Shown here piece after piece: positions 1-13,290 of a stretch of 64,000 bases of DNA (the first letter of the stretch is position 1; every line of letters begins with the position of its first letter). Under the pieces are notes generated by a model that saw only the letters and a program-made list of their open reading frames with translations, had not been told where the DNA came from and ran no database searches. This DNA comes from the human T2T-CHM13v2.0 reference genome, Homo sapiens. Location of the stretch: assembly GCF_009914755.1 (NCBI RefSeq), contig NC_060926.1, one strand, 5' to 3'. The position numbers and the translations under genes were made by a program.

Positions 1-1320
1 AATTTGCCATGTTTCAACATTGCATTCACAATTTTATGTTCCACTCAGTTAATGTGCCATGATTTACTATCCATTTCCCTAGTGGGAAATGGTTATAGTG
101 CTAGAGTTTCTACTATTATTAAAATGAAAATGCAATAAATATGTGTCTGTATGTAACTTTTTCCTCTTGGGTTATTTCTTTAAGATACCTTCCCCTGGAA
201 TCAAAAGTTTATATTTAATTATTTATTTCTAGTGTTTTCTGGTGGGTTATATTAACATGCAGTTTTGCTGTATTTGATTATTTGTAGGTGTAAACTTGGC
301 CATTGATATTTAATATTTTGTTCATATTCTATTGATGTTCATTGCTCAGCCTGCCAGCATAATCCTCTTCCCATTTATTTTTAAGCAATGTTAATACTTA
401 AAAGACACGTATGTTGAATATATAGTCCCATGTTGTTATTTTTACTTTTTCTGTTTTTTTAGATTCCCTAAACTGTGAATCTTTATGTAGTTATATCTAT
501 CAGTCTTATCTTTTATAGTTTCTGTCTTTGCTTTTATTTAGAGAGTCCATCTTGACCTTAATAATCAGGTTAAACATACTTCTATCAGTTTACTATTTGT
601 GTTTACTCTTTTCTATTCATACTCTTTAATCATTTCTGTCTTCTGTCTCTGATGGTTTCCTTAATAACTGGTATTTGCTTTAGATACAAATACAGTCATG
701 CATCACTTAATGACAGAAACATGTTCTGAGAAATGTATCATTGTGCAAACATCATAGAGAGTCCTTACACATACCTAGACGGCATAGCCTACTACACACC
801 TGCCTATAGGCTACAAGCCTGTACAGCAGGTTACTGTACTGAGTACTGTAGGCAATTGTAACACAATAGTATTTGTATATTTAAATATATCTAAACATGG
901 AAAATGTACAGTAAAAATATATTATACTTTTATGGGACCACCATCATATATATAGTCCATTGTTGAGTGAACCGTCACTCTGAGGCACATGACATTATAT
1001 ACACATACATAGCTATTAACCTTTTGTCTATATTTTCAGTTTCTGATAGTTTTCTTTGATAGTTTTTGTATTGAACTTTTGATTCCAAATGTTAATGATT
1101 TTTTAAAAGATGGCATATGGTATGGTTCTTACTTTTTTTATTGAACTGCTATCAAGAGGTGATTATGTCACTTATAAATTATATTTCCTCTATTTCCCCC
1201 TTGTTCTGAAAAGCTTCCTTGATCATATATTAAGTGAGTCTGTATAGCTGGATCTATTTCTAGACTCTCCATTCTGTTATGCTGATCTATATGTCTATTT
1301 TTGTGCCCATAAATTCTGCA
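1..1320 (-). mobile_element. Old L1 (L1M-type) remnants, interrupted by a Tigger MITE
   Basis: T-rich degenerate sequence resembling antisense L1 ORF2/3' region (e.g. ...gtatagctggatctatttctagactctccattctgtt...). Boundaries approximate. Confidence 0.55.
693..995 (+). mobile_element. Tigger3a/MER7-type (TcMar-Tigger) MITE
   Basis: Begins ta|cagtcatgcatcacttaatgac and ends gcacatgacat|ta (degenerate terminal inverted repeats, TA target). The internal acacacct...ctgtacagcaggttactgtactgagtactgtaggcaattgtaacacaat matches the Tigger3a consensus as I recall it. Confidence 0.8.
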
Positions 1321-1634
1321 TGTATTTGAGGAGACCTCAAATGTCCTCTCTTGAGTCTTTGTTTCTCCAGGCTAAACATTCCCTGTTCTTTCAATGGCTA
1401 CCCTTCTATTTAGCATCCAAGTCCTCTCCCATCTGCCCTGGGGACCAGGGGCAGGCAACTGTGAGATAACTGACCAAGCCTCAGGGGACCCCAGAGTTCC
1501 CTCACTTGGGGAAAAAAATGTTACATAAAGGCAGCACCCAGGTGAAAAAGGGAGACTGATGAGCTCTTATGTGGAAATAACGGTTTTTGTCACAGAAAAG
1601 TACTTTTTTGTTTCTCATCTCTAATCTGACAGAA

Positions 1635-1835
1635 TAGTTTACAATGGCTAAGGGTCTGTCAGGGTTCAAATCCCAACTCTACCATTTTCTTGTTGTGTAA
1701 CCTTCTCGGTAAGCCTCATTCACCTCAACTGTAATATGACTATATAATGGTATCTACTTCATAAAACGGTTGTAAAGAAGAAGTGAGGTAATCCATGAAC
1801 ACATAGTGAGCACTTGATCATATAAGCTGTTGTTA
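1635..1835 (+). mobile_element. MIR
   Basis: gggttcaaatcccaactctaccatttt...tgtgtaaccttc...cctcattcacctcaactgtaa MIR core. Approximate ends. Confidence 0.65.
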
Positions 1836-2872
1836 TTACTGCTAAAATATCGGTCATATAGATTTATTATTTTATTTAACATTTTGAGGTAGTTATTAAT
1901 ATACACAATTTAATGTTGAATGAACAGGATAAGAAAAACTCAGTAAATTTCCCTTCCCAGCTAGTAGATGTGCTTCAGCAAGTATCTCACCTTGTTTGTC
2001 TAATGAGAAGGCCCGGGTCTTTGCTGTAGACAACACAACTCCACTGTGTGATGGAAGGCACTGATAACTGGCTCTTTGGATTCTGCCATGGTTACTAGGT
2101 GAAGCTCTAAATTCTTAGACAAAGGTAAATGTGAGGTTCAAACATAGGATTGTTTTGAGGTTTTCTTTTGGTTTCAACATGGAGGGACATTAGGTTAATG
2201 GGGAGACACAATATGGTTTCATCCTTATTTGCAGATTAGCTGATGTGGAAACATGTCCCTTCAAACTGAGTATCACTTCACATAACTACTCCAAGTGAAA
2301 GTGACACAGGCCCAGAAGCATTTGTCATCCCCACAGGGTGCCAGAGGAAGCGGCACTTCCTCTCCTTCAGCACATGCTACCTGTGCTCTCAGAAGGCCCA
2401 CGGCTGGGAGGGAGGCAGGTGGAGGAGGCCATACAACTTGCCAAGTCAAACACACCGGAAGGTCTAATTTTAGTCCCCCTAGCCTTGGCATTGTCTCTTT
2501 CAGCAAAGATATTTTTCATGCACTACAATAAAGTGCTTTGTTCCAGCCTTGCTGGATACTTCACAAAGGCCCAGCAAGGACAGCATAAGCCTAAATCAGA
2601 GCTGGAAACACATCAAACACAGGGACCTCACAGAAGAGGGTCAGCATTCCTCTCGTAACCTTTGGTAAGTACGTTCTTTCCATCCAGCTTCCAAAACCCT
2701 AAGAAGGAACACTTGGTTGTGCTTCTCCTTCTACGCAACTCCTCTTCCTCCAGCTTCTTTTTTGTGAATCTTCTGTTGGCTCCTCATCAACAAGTGTGTT
2801 TTCTCCTTCATGCCAGGGATTTGAAAACCTACTCCCTCTTTTTGTCCCTGCCTAACAAAGCCCCCTTCTTTC

Positions 2873-3182
2873 TTTCTTTCTTTTTTTTTATTTTTTTTTT
2901 TGAGACGGAGTCTCGCTCTGTCGCCCAAGCTGGAGTGCAGTGGTGCAATCTTGGCTCACTGCAAGCTCCGCCTCCCGGGTTCATGCCATTCTCCTGCCTC
3001 AGCCTCCTGAGTAGCTGGGACTACAGGTGCCCGCCACCACGCCCGGCTAATTTTTTGTGTTTTTAGTAGGGACGGGGTTTCACTGTGTTATCCAGGATAG
3101 TGTCGATCTCCTGACCTCGTGATCCGCCCGCCTCGGCCTCCCAAAGTGCTGGGATTACAGGCGTGAGCCACCGCGCCTGGCC
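2873..3182 (-). mobile_element. AluY, full length
   Basis: AluY-diagnostic gcaagctccgcctcccgggttcatgccattctcc and caggat..t.tcgatctcctgacctcgtgatccg. TSD acaaagccc(c/a)cttctttc at 2855-2872 and 3183-3200. Confidence 0.93.
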
Positions 3183-4589
3183 ACAAAGCCCACTTCTTTC
3201 TATATAGTCTAGGTCTTGTTTTCTTTTCTGACATTGCCTGGAAAGTGCACTAGATTAAGAGTGAGAAACAATTTTACAATTTGCAAACTGGCTCCAGGGT
3301 TTGTTCTTACAATGACCTGGCAAATTCGTTGAGGCAGAAACTTTCACAGAACTTGTATAGATGAGAAAACTGAAGTGCAAAGAGGACACAGACTTTTGCA
3401 AAGGTCACACAGGAAAACACTGGCAAAGCTGAAACTGAAACCTAGCTCTGGTGCTTTAGGAAAGGTGTGGTCCAATGAACTTATCAAAGCACCGAAAACC
3501 CACACAGGCATTTGGGAGGGCCCTGGGATGAAAGAATCCTGGAAAAGGACCTCCTGTGGTGCTTTCAGTTAGAGCCACTCCCTTTACAAACAATGAATTA
3601 ACAGCAGTCTTTTAGGATTCACAGGTAGATCAAAGACCTTTAGTTCTTAGGCTCATTCTATTTAGCTCTGGGTGATGAATATGGAGGAGAAGCTCAGGAG
3701 AACCCTGAGGTGACATCTCAGCACCTTGGAGAAGTTGTGATCGGGAGACACAGTGCTGGGAGTCAGAGTCCCTGACCATCAGAATCTGCTATGTCACCAA
3801 ACCTCTCTGAGGCTCAGTTTTGTCTTCTGTAAGATTGATGCTAACAATGCCAAGGTTTATGTAAGATGTGAGATAGGAGAGAGCTTTGTAAATGCTAAAG
3901 CACTATCCACTGTTCATTACAATGACTCATATTCAAATTCAAAAAATAGAAAATTCAGAGCTTCCATAGATCACCACTTCTGGGTGCCTATGGTTGGGTC
4001 TAGAGTTGTCCAGTGAAGTCCAGAAAGGAATCTACCCAAAGGACAAAGTAAAGATCCGAGAAGCCTTGGGGAACATTAACATCTCTGGTCAACCTTATCT
4101 GCTGCGTTTCCAGGAAATAAGGAAATGATTTCTCTGAAGGTAAAACCCACCATTCTGGGACCTCAACCTGAAACTGTTGACCACAAAACCAGCTAATATC
4201 CTCAGGAAGTTTTCCAAGCCTCCCAAAGGCCTGTGTGAGTTTTCTGTGCTTTGACAGGTTCATGGGACCACACCTTTCCCTAAAGCATCAGAGCTAGGTT
4301 TCAGTCCAAACTCTGCCAGTGTTTTCCCGTGTGACTTTTGCAAAAGTCTGTGTCCTCTTTGAACTTCAGTTTTCTCATCTATACAAGTTCTATGAAAGTT
4401 TCTGCCTCACCTAATTCACCAGTTCATTGTAAGAACAAACCCTGGAGGCAGTTTGCAAATTGTAAAAGTGTTTCTCACTATTAATCTAGTGCATTTTCCA
4501 GGCCGTGTCAGGAAAGAAAACGAAACTCAGACTTTATAGAAAGAAGTGAGCTTTGTTAGGATTTTATTAGTTTGGTGAATGAAATACAT

Positions 4590-5370
4590 TTTATGCATTT
4601 ATTTGTTTGCTGAAATAAAAACATTTGCACATTGTTCTGCTTATAAATGTTATATGCTCATTATAAAGAGTTCAGAAAGATATTAAGGAGAGAGTGAAAT
4701 GCCACCATTATACCACCAGCAGTTATAATCACTGTTAAGATTTTGATATAAATTATGAACTGACCAAACTTCCTGTGCACACAAGCTCAAGCAAGTGTGT
4801 GTATAAAGCAAAAGTAAGTGGTGCTACACTTACTGTTTTGTGACCTGCATTTTTGACTTAACAATTTATTACAATATTATCTCTCCTTTTTTCTTTCATT
4901 TTTATTCCTAAAGTGCTGCTTATGTTAATCGTATTCCTCAGATCATGGTTCAATATCAACATTTTTTATATAAAGCCCTTCTTGTGTTTTCTCATATAGT
5001 TTTAATTTCCCTTTATTTGCTATGCTCCCATTCCCTTCCTCCATTATATTGTATTTAATATATGTCCTCAGGTAAGGGTTTATCCTTGAAAATATACAGA
5101 GTTTATTTGTACATTTGTGTGTTTTCACTTAAATAAATGACATTGAGTCAATACCCACCCATATCCATCAATGTAGATATACATTATCACTTTTAATGGC
5201 TTCATAATTTCCATTCATTGCTCTAAAGAAATTTATTTAGCCAGTTTCCTGTGATGGACCTTTAGGTAGTTTTTAAAAGAGGTTTTTAAAAATGATTTTA
5301 AACAATGCTGAAGTAAACACCCTTTGTATATATGTCTTAACAGGCTTGTGTCATTATTTCCTTGAGATAA
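4590..5370 (-). mobile_element. Old L1ME-like fragments
   Basis: Degenerate antisense L1 3'-end motifs (ttttaatggcttcataatttccatt...tttatttagccagtttcctgtgatggacctttaggtagttt). Approximate. Confidence 0.5.
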
Positions 5371-5589
5371 TTTCGAGAGACCACTTTATAAAATATTCCT
5401 TACCCAATCTCTCAAAGAAGCTTTGTTGCTGGTTTCCTAGAAAGAAGCGTGTTCTCTCTCTCTTCCTCATGACACTGCTTTTCTCTCCCTAACAGCACTT
5501 AGTACAGTCATCTTTAAGCTTCGTTTCATACGTTCTCTCTTATCGCTCAACTGATAAGCTCTTGCTGTTAATGGGAGGGATTACATAGT

Positions 5590-6570
5590 AATTAATTAAT
5601 TCAACAACATTTCCTGGGTATCTGTTCAGCAGTGGGCTCTGAACTAGTGCTGAGGTGAAGTGGACAATCACCCACCCTTGAGGAACCCCCATCTGTGAGA
5701 TGGGAGACATGGATTACAGATACTACTGTGGCAGGTGATGCAGCAACAGCAGTTGTGTAATTTGCAAAAGAAGAAGTAGCCGTACAGTGAAGTCACTGAA
5801 AATGAGGTACCTCCTCTACATCTTGAAATATCAGTGGGAGTTCACTAGAGAACCAACGTGTAGCTAATGAGAACTGCCCTCAGAGCAAAAGGAGCAGCAA
5901 AAGGAAACACAGAGAGGTTTGGCATGATATTAGGAAGTTGTAGCATAGGTGAGAACATGGGGAGAGAGGAAACTAAAGAGGTGCCAGGAGGGGTGAGGGG
6001 AAGGAGGAAGGTGGGAGGCTGGAGGGAAAGTGTAGGCCCAAGTGAGCAGGTCTGGGAAGCCATGCTCACAGTTGGAATTCAGAGTGAGGATAATGAGAGA
6101 CCACTGAAGGGTTTAAGCAGGGCAGTGACATGATTGGGTTTTGTGTTTTAGAAAGGTCATTCCAGCTATGATAGTATGGAAGATGGAATTCAGGAGGGTA
6201 AGACTTTAGATGGAGAAGCAAGTTAGGAAGCTATTGTACTACTCAAAGTGATAGGATAATGGCTTGAACCAAAGTAGTGGCAACAGAGAAAAGTAGATGG
6301 AATCAAGAGTTAGAAAGTAGAATCTACCAACTTCTTAACTTGTTGATAGGTTTACATACAGAAACACGAAATAGAGAAGTTCAGAATGATGCCCAGACTC
6401 TGCATGGAACCTTGTGAAGATGGCGGGCCACTTACTCGGAGAGGAACAAAGAATAAAAGGATGTTTTAGGGGAAAAAGGAGGACAAATTCATGTTTGCAT
6501 AGTATGTTGAGTTTGATGTGGTGGTAGAATACAATGGTGGAAATGTCTAGCAGGCAGATGAATACATTAT
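5590..6570 (-). mobile_element. L2 fragment
   Basis: Typical L2 3'-region motifs: ccactgaagggtttaagcagggcagtgacatgat, gtttgatgtgg...gtggaaatgtctagcaggcagatg. Approximate. Confidence 0.7.
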
Positions 6571-7709
6571 CTAGTATTCCCAAATTTTTCTTTAGGACCT
6601 CCCCTAAAGACCTGGAAAGACCTGTCCTAAAGAAAAATTTGGGAATCATATGATAATACTGAGTAAAAGTTTGCTGAATAAATGAATGAATTGACTCATT
6701 TTCAGCATCATGTTTCCTTCAACTAGAACATTTTACTTCTATAAAGCCACCTTCATACGAGAATTTCAAAGTTGTTTTTAAGACTAACCAACATGAATTA
6801 AAGTATCTTTTTAGAATTACTGTAGAGATAACAACTTAGGAACATGGTGAGTGCAAATGGCTCTCAGAGAGGAAAGAGTACCAGCCTAAGAGTCAGAAGA
6901 TGAGTGAGTTGGAACTTGTCTACTATTGGTGGACACTGGTACATGCCACTCACCCCCTCCACCAAATATTCAAGTTCTCTGAATGCAAAGACAGGGGTTG
7001 CATTCCTGATGATCAATGCCTAACCCTGTGACAGGGAATGTGCAGGTGAAGCGGGACACTCCAGGTCTGCTCTTCTCTCTCGGCAGCTCCCTGCTGTTCT
7101 CAGATAAGGGCCACAGTCCCTCCCCACTGGGACTTGGCAGCACAACCTAGAACACAATCTGTTGGACAGAAGGCTGTGATTATTAATGAAAGCATTTCCT
7201 CTGTTACCTCACAGAACTAAGTGAGGTTCTAACACTGCCAAAGATGGCCCATTTCCTTTCATAGAAACCAATTCTCAGAAACACATAGGATGGTCAGAGA
7301 CAGTACACATAGGGAAGTAAAAATAAGGTGCAGAAAAGTGGGTGGCTGCTTGAAACACTCCCAGATGAAAGGTTACCAGCTATTAATCAGCTCACACTTC
7401 TGTTCAGTGGGTGAGCAAGAAATTGGATGGAAACTTCACTCAATGGTTGATGCTTAGTTGGGGCTGTGAGGTCCTCAGATGACTTTCCTCAGTCAGGTCG
7501 GATATGATGCACTTTTATGTAAAGGAAGGAGAGTCAACAAGGCCACAGCAAAATTCCCTATGTTTCACAATTTGTGTACGTCTGTTTACATGTGCCAGGC
7601 TCGGTGCCATGTATTGAGGTTAGGATGACTCCTGCTGTCTAGGCCTGAATCTTGAACAGTCCCCCTCTCCATCATTTGGAGCAGCCCAGTTGGCTGGGTC
7701 CTGTGATGA

Positions 7710-7940
7710 GGATAATAATAGTTACTGTTTTTTGGACACCTGCCTCATGGAAGGCACTGTTGGAAAAAAGTCAGCATTATCTCATTTATCCTCACAACAA
7801 CCCTTTGAGCAAATAACATTATTTTATTTGAAAAATGGGGAGATTGGGGTTCCAGTGGGCTAAGTAACTTATCAAAATTCACGCACCTTGTATTAAGCAG
7901 GAGCATCATTTGACCCTAAGACTGACTCCAGCACACACTT
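7710..7940 (-). mobile_element. MIR
   Basis: ctcatttatcctcacaacaaccctttgag...ggctaagtaacttatcaaaattcac. Approximate. Confidence 0.65.
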
Positions 7941-9505
7941 TTTTTCCCTACTACGCTAAGTCCAGATGAAAATAAAAGAGACATCAGAACCTGACAAAAA
8001 GAAGGAAACCCACAAAAAGGGATACAAGGGAAACTGAGTCTGAGTAGAAACTTTTCCAAAGTCATAGAATAGCACCTGGGTATCAAGTATGGCTTGGGTC
8101 TAAGTCATGTTTCCCAGGCACTCAGGAAATGTTCTTTGTGCCTTGGAAAGGAGGCAGATGGCAGTTGCATCTGACCCCCAAGGGTCAGATGCCATTTGAT
8201 TATGCCATTTTGACCCTTTGCAGATCAGAGCCCCTGGACATCTGGCCCCCAAGTTTCTAAGTGGGTTTTAGCTTGAGACCACCTAGTGAAAGCCAAAGAC
8301 CAATGTCCGCTGCCAGCACCCAGCCCAGAGTCAGGGATATACCATTTGGCCAAGGCTCCAGAGCCACTTCAGGCTCTCAGCACCTGCCCTGTAAAAAGAC
8401 AGCTCAGGTGGAAACTTCACTGGGAGCAGCTGGGGCAGGCCTAAGGAGGGAGTCCACTCGTCACACCCTACTCACATGAGAAGACATGATTCTGAAGGGC
8501 TTAGGACCTTCAGCCTGTCTCAGTACCCAAGGATCACAGGCCTGGGCACTGCAGCAGGCATCAGTCTTATCGTTGAGACTTGGTAGCTAGGGCATGGCTA
8601 GGCCCTAACATACTAACTCGCTATGTTTTCTGGCATAAGTCCCCTAGCCTCCTTGGGCCTCCTCTAGAAAACAAAGGGGTTGGATCAGATGATTGATCCC
8701 TGGGGCCCACTTCTGCTTTCACCTTCAGGTGTTTACTATACTTTGGCAAACAGAACTCTTGTTACTCGCCCTAACATTGCCACTGCCACTGCTGTCAAAA
8801 TATTTTCCCTCACTTATTATAGATTAAAAAAATATGTTTGCCTTATCTTGAGTCCCCAGGGATTCAGTCTGTGCCCCCTCCTGTTTCATGCTTATGGGGT
8901 GAAACCTCAACTATAATTCCAGGAGATTCAGGTTTTGAGGTAATGTCATCAGAGGATGCTGTAAGAAGGGATTTCTGTTCTTTCCAGAAGCTGCTTTTGT
9001 CCCCAGACACATCATGAAATGCCAGCTTGTGGTCCACACCCTCCCTGCCCGCTGGGAAATGCTGCTGGGGGCTTGTGAGTACTTGGCTTCTGGAGGACAA
9101 AGAAGAGGGGAACAGAAAGAGGCATAGTGTCAGATATTTGCCTTCATTATAAAAAAAAAAAAAAACATACAATATGCTGGGCAATTTTAAGGCATGGTTT
9201 TCAAGGCTGTTTTTAACAGTCTCTGGAAACCAGCAATCCGGTGTCAGTTGTTTATAGGATCCAAGGGGGTGGTGCTGGGGGTTGTTTCAACATCCTTGCA
9301 CAGAGAGAAACATGGGTAGTGGCTTACAAGCTTTGAGTGTTAGACACAGGGACAGCATGCTGTGGGGGTGGGGAGTGGGGGACACCCATCCAGGTGGGGG
9401 GATGGGCTTCTCATCCCAGCTCTGCCATCAGCTGCCCATGTGATCTGGGAAAATTCATCACCTTCCTGAGCCTCAAACTCTCCAACCTAAAACCAAAGGG
9501 CTTAA

Positions 9506-10192
<687 letters not shown>

Positions 10193-11116
10193 TTAAGAGG
10201 TTTCACCTGGGGACCGGTGACAGGTGAAGGTGCCTGATTTGGTCAGTATTTGTCTGTTTGTCTATCCTCTGTGTTATGTAGCTCTCTACTATGAGTATTC
10301 ATTTCATCATGCTTCATATTCCAAGACTTGTAAATGTCTCCTGCATCCAGGTCTGAGCCCTTTAAGATTGGTACCATGCTTTCTGTTTATATCCCACCTT
10401 ACCTAGCACAGAGCTTTTCTCCTGGAAGATTCTTACAAACATCTGCCAAACTTAGTTGTGCAGAGAGTTTTCTGCCTGATTCCGTCAAGTTAATTATGCC
10501 ATGGGTCATTATTAACCACAATATCAAATACAAGGAAAAGAGAGGAGTAGTAACAGTTGGCAGAGAAGTATCATGGAGAAAACAGGATTGGAATGGAGTC
10601 TTGCAGCAGGAGTAAGGTTTAGATAGATGGAGGAAAAAAGCACAAGGGGCATTCCAGGCAGAAGTCTAAGCATGAGAAGGCCAGTCTCTACAAAGGCAAT
10701 TGTTTCAGGATATGAGTGAAGAGCCTAGGGCTCAAAGAAAAGATTTATTCAAGACTGACCTAAGTAATCTGTCACTGACCAGCCCATTGCAGCCTCTTTC
10801 CATACTTGCATTACATGCAGGTCTCCAACCTGAGCCCCTAAAGCCCTTTCTTCCTTTGCTCTCGGCCCTATTTCCAAGGTTGTTTTCCCACTGCTGTGTT
10901 TATCCTGCTATGTATTTGCACATGTGGTGGGACTGCTCCATTTCAGCCACTCAGTTTTTATTTAAATGAATCTTGCTAAGATTCAGCTAGGCTGATTGCT
11001 AGATTACCTGGGAGGAGCTGGATATGCAGTTCTGTGTGCCTCTTCATACTCAGCAGACCCTGGTATGTTCTGGAAGACTGGATTTAGATACAGTAGGTAA
11101 GAGACAGGCTGAGGGC

Positions 11117-11117
<1 letters not shown>

Positions 11118-11163
<46 letters not shown>
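11118..11163 (+). repeat. (AC)23 microsatellite
   Basis: Uninterrupted AC run read directly from the sequence. Confidence 0.97.
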
Positions 11164-11169
<6 letters not shown>

Positions 11170-12649
11170 TTTGTTTCAATCCTCTTTAATACCCAAAGGG
11201 CTTATGGAAAAAAGATGCTCATGGGTGCTTCTTGGCTCCCTTGTAGGCCCTTTCCACATCCACGAAGTTCTCCTGGTCCTCTTCTAGGAGCATTCTTAAA
11301 TCCTCTGCCTCTTCTGCTCTGGAACCTGCTATCAAGACAGGGTAGGAAATGGATGAGAGATGAGCGAAACTCAAGACAGGAAGACCAGTTGGGAGGTAGT
11401 TGCAGTATCTTTGAGATGATCCTGCAGGTGAGAGAAGATGATGGCCTCTATTAGGAAAGCAGTGGGGTGCGAGAGAACTGCATGCATTCTTTACTAAGCC
11501 CTTACTAGCTGGTTTAGCTAGGGTAAATTACTTAATCTCTCTGGCCTTCAAAGTTCTCATCAGTAAAAAGGAAACAATCATAATCTCTTTTTTACAGTTT
11601 TTAAAAATACTGTTTTTAATGCTGTAAAAAAGGGGTCAATAGTTTATATGGGTCAATATTGTTGCACAAAAGCCTTTTGTAAATTAGTGTACAAAAGTGC
11701 CATCTTCTCTGGACATCATTTGCCATTAAGTGAAACTGTGCTTTCCTCCACAAGGGCTCTATCATTTGAAGTTCTCTTGTCCATCAAAGCCCTTCCACCA
11801 GTCCTGTTTTGTGCCTAGCACTGAACTTCTCTGTATGACAACACAAGCAGTGAGAAATTCTTTTGGTTTGGGGATGGGCTGGCTTTAATATTATAGCTTG
11901 AAATCCCAGCTTAAAAGTAATACACTCCGGTTTCTGTCCCCTCCCTTCTTCGGTAATAAACACTTAAATGCTGATGGGTTCTCAGGTCAAGAATCCACAG
12001 AGCCTGCATGTGTTGAGACAAGCCAATAGGAGGTCTGACTCATATTTTCATATTTACAAAACCTATGTGGGAAATCAGTGAATGGTAGAGTTGGAAAGGC
12101 CTTAAAGATCATCTGGTCCAACTCCTCATTTTTTAAATGGGGAAATGGAGTAACTAGGAAGGAAAGGATCTTGGCCGAGATCACAGAGTAAGTTAGAGAC
12201 AGAGCCAGCCTGCTTCCCCCTCATATGGTGTAGCGGAATCTCTTTATTGGGAATGTGATAAAATGTACTGTTTGTACTCTTTCTGTTATGCTGGTCCCAT
12301 AATGAAAGATACTGCTTGGCCCATATCACTGCAGCCCAGAGCAAAAGGACTATAGGTGGAGAGTATTAATCTAACTACACTTTCATTCATTTATCACACA
12401 TTACTAAACACCACCTTTATGTCAGTTACTGAAGATACTGAGATAAAAGACATGGGTCCCACCTGCAAGGTATTCAATTTTAATGATGAAGACAATCTCC
12501 AGGAGGGCTGAATATTTTCCATGCAGTTAAATGAAATATTTCTCCCATCTGCCAACTGCATTTTATATTTATACTTGTGAATGCATTGACTCTCCTTATA
12601 TATAGATTATGAGACATTTTCTCAGAAAAAAAATACCAAATATCTCAGA

Positions 12650-13290
12650 CCCCTTATTTATTCATGTCCTCAAGAAATATTATTTGAGCACCTAATAGGA
12701 GTTACCAAGAGGCAAAAATAAATAAATAATAGTCCTCTCTCTCAAGAAACCATAATAACAATCCAGTAGAGAAATACATAATGATCATGGAAGCTTTTAC
12801 AAGGAAAGGGAGATACCTAAGAGAATGGGTGCCTAAGTTTGCCATGGAGAGTCCACGAAGGTTTCATGGAGGAGGTGGTGTGTAAATTGAGACTATTTAA
12901 AGAAGGGGAAGAAGTCTGTTGAGCAGAAAATGGGGGGAAGTCATTCTAGGAGAAGAGAACAGCATATGCAGAGCCATGGAAGTGTGGAAGCATGCAATCC
13001 TGGAATCTATAATAGTTTATAATCACTGACACATGAGAAAAGACAGATTGGCAGAAAACGAGGATATAAGTAGGCAGGACCTGAGCCACGCTAAGGAGAT
13101 GAGGTTGCATCATGGAGACTAAGGAGAAGTACAGAGGCTTTTAGAGAGTAGATCAATGAGGTTTGTATTCTGGAAATTCACTCAGGCAGCTGTGCAGAAG
13201 GAGAGTGGTTGGAGTCAGGTAGCCCAGTGGGGAGGCCAATCTTTAATCAAGGCAAGATCTGATGAGGCCTATGAGGGCAGTGGCAATGCC
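12650..13290 (-). mobile_element. L2 fragment
   Basis: tatttgagcaccta...agtcctctctctcaagaaac...cattctaggagaagagaacagcatatgcagag. Approximate. Confidence 0.7.

Noticed and set aside
2273-2860. Three overlapping ORFs (77-106 aa) in a GC-richer patch; considered as a processed pseudogene or small gene
   Set aside because: No recognisable protein similarity, no poly(A)/TSD, non-ATG starts. Compatible with chance.
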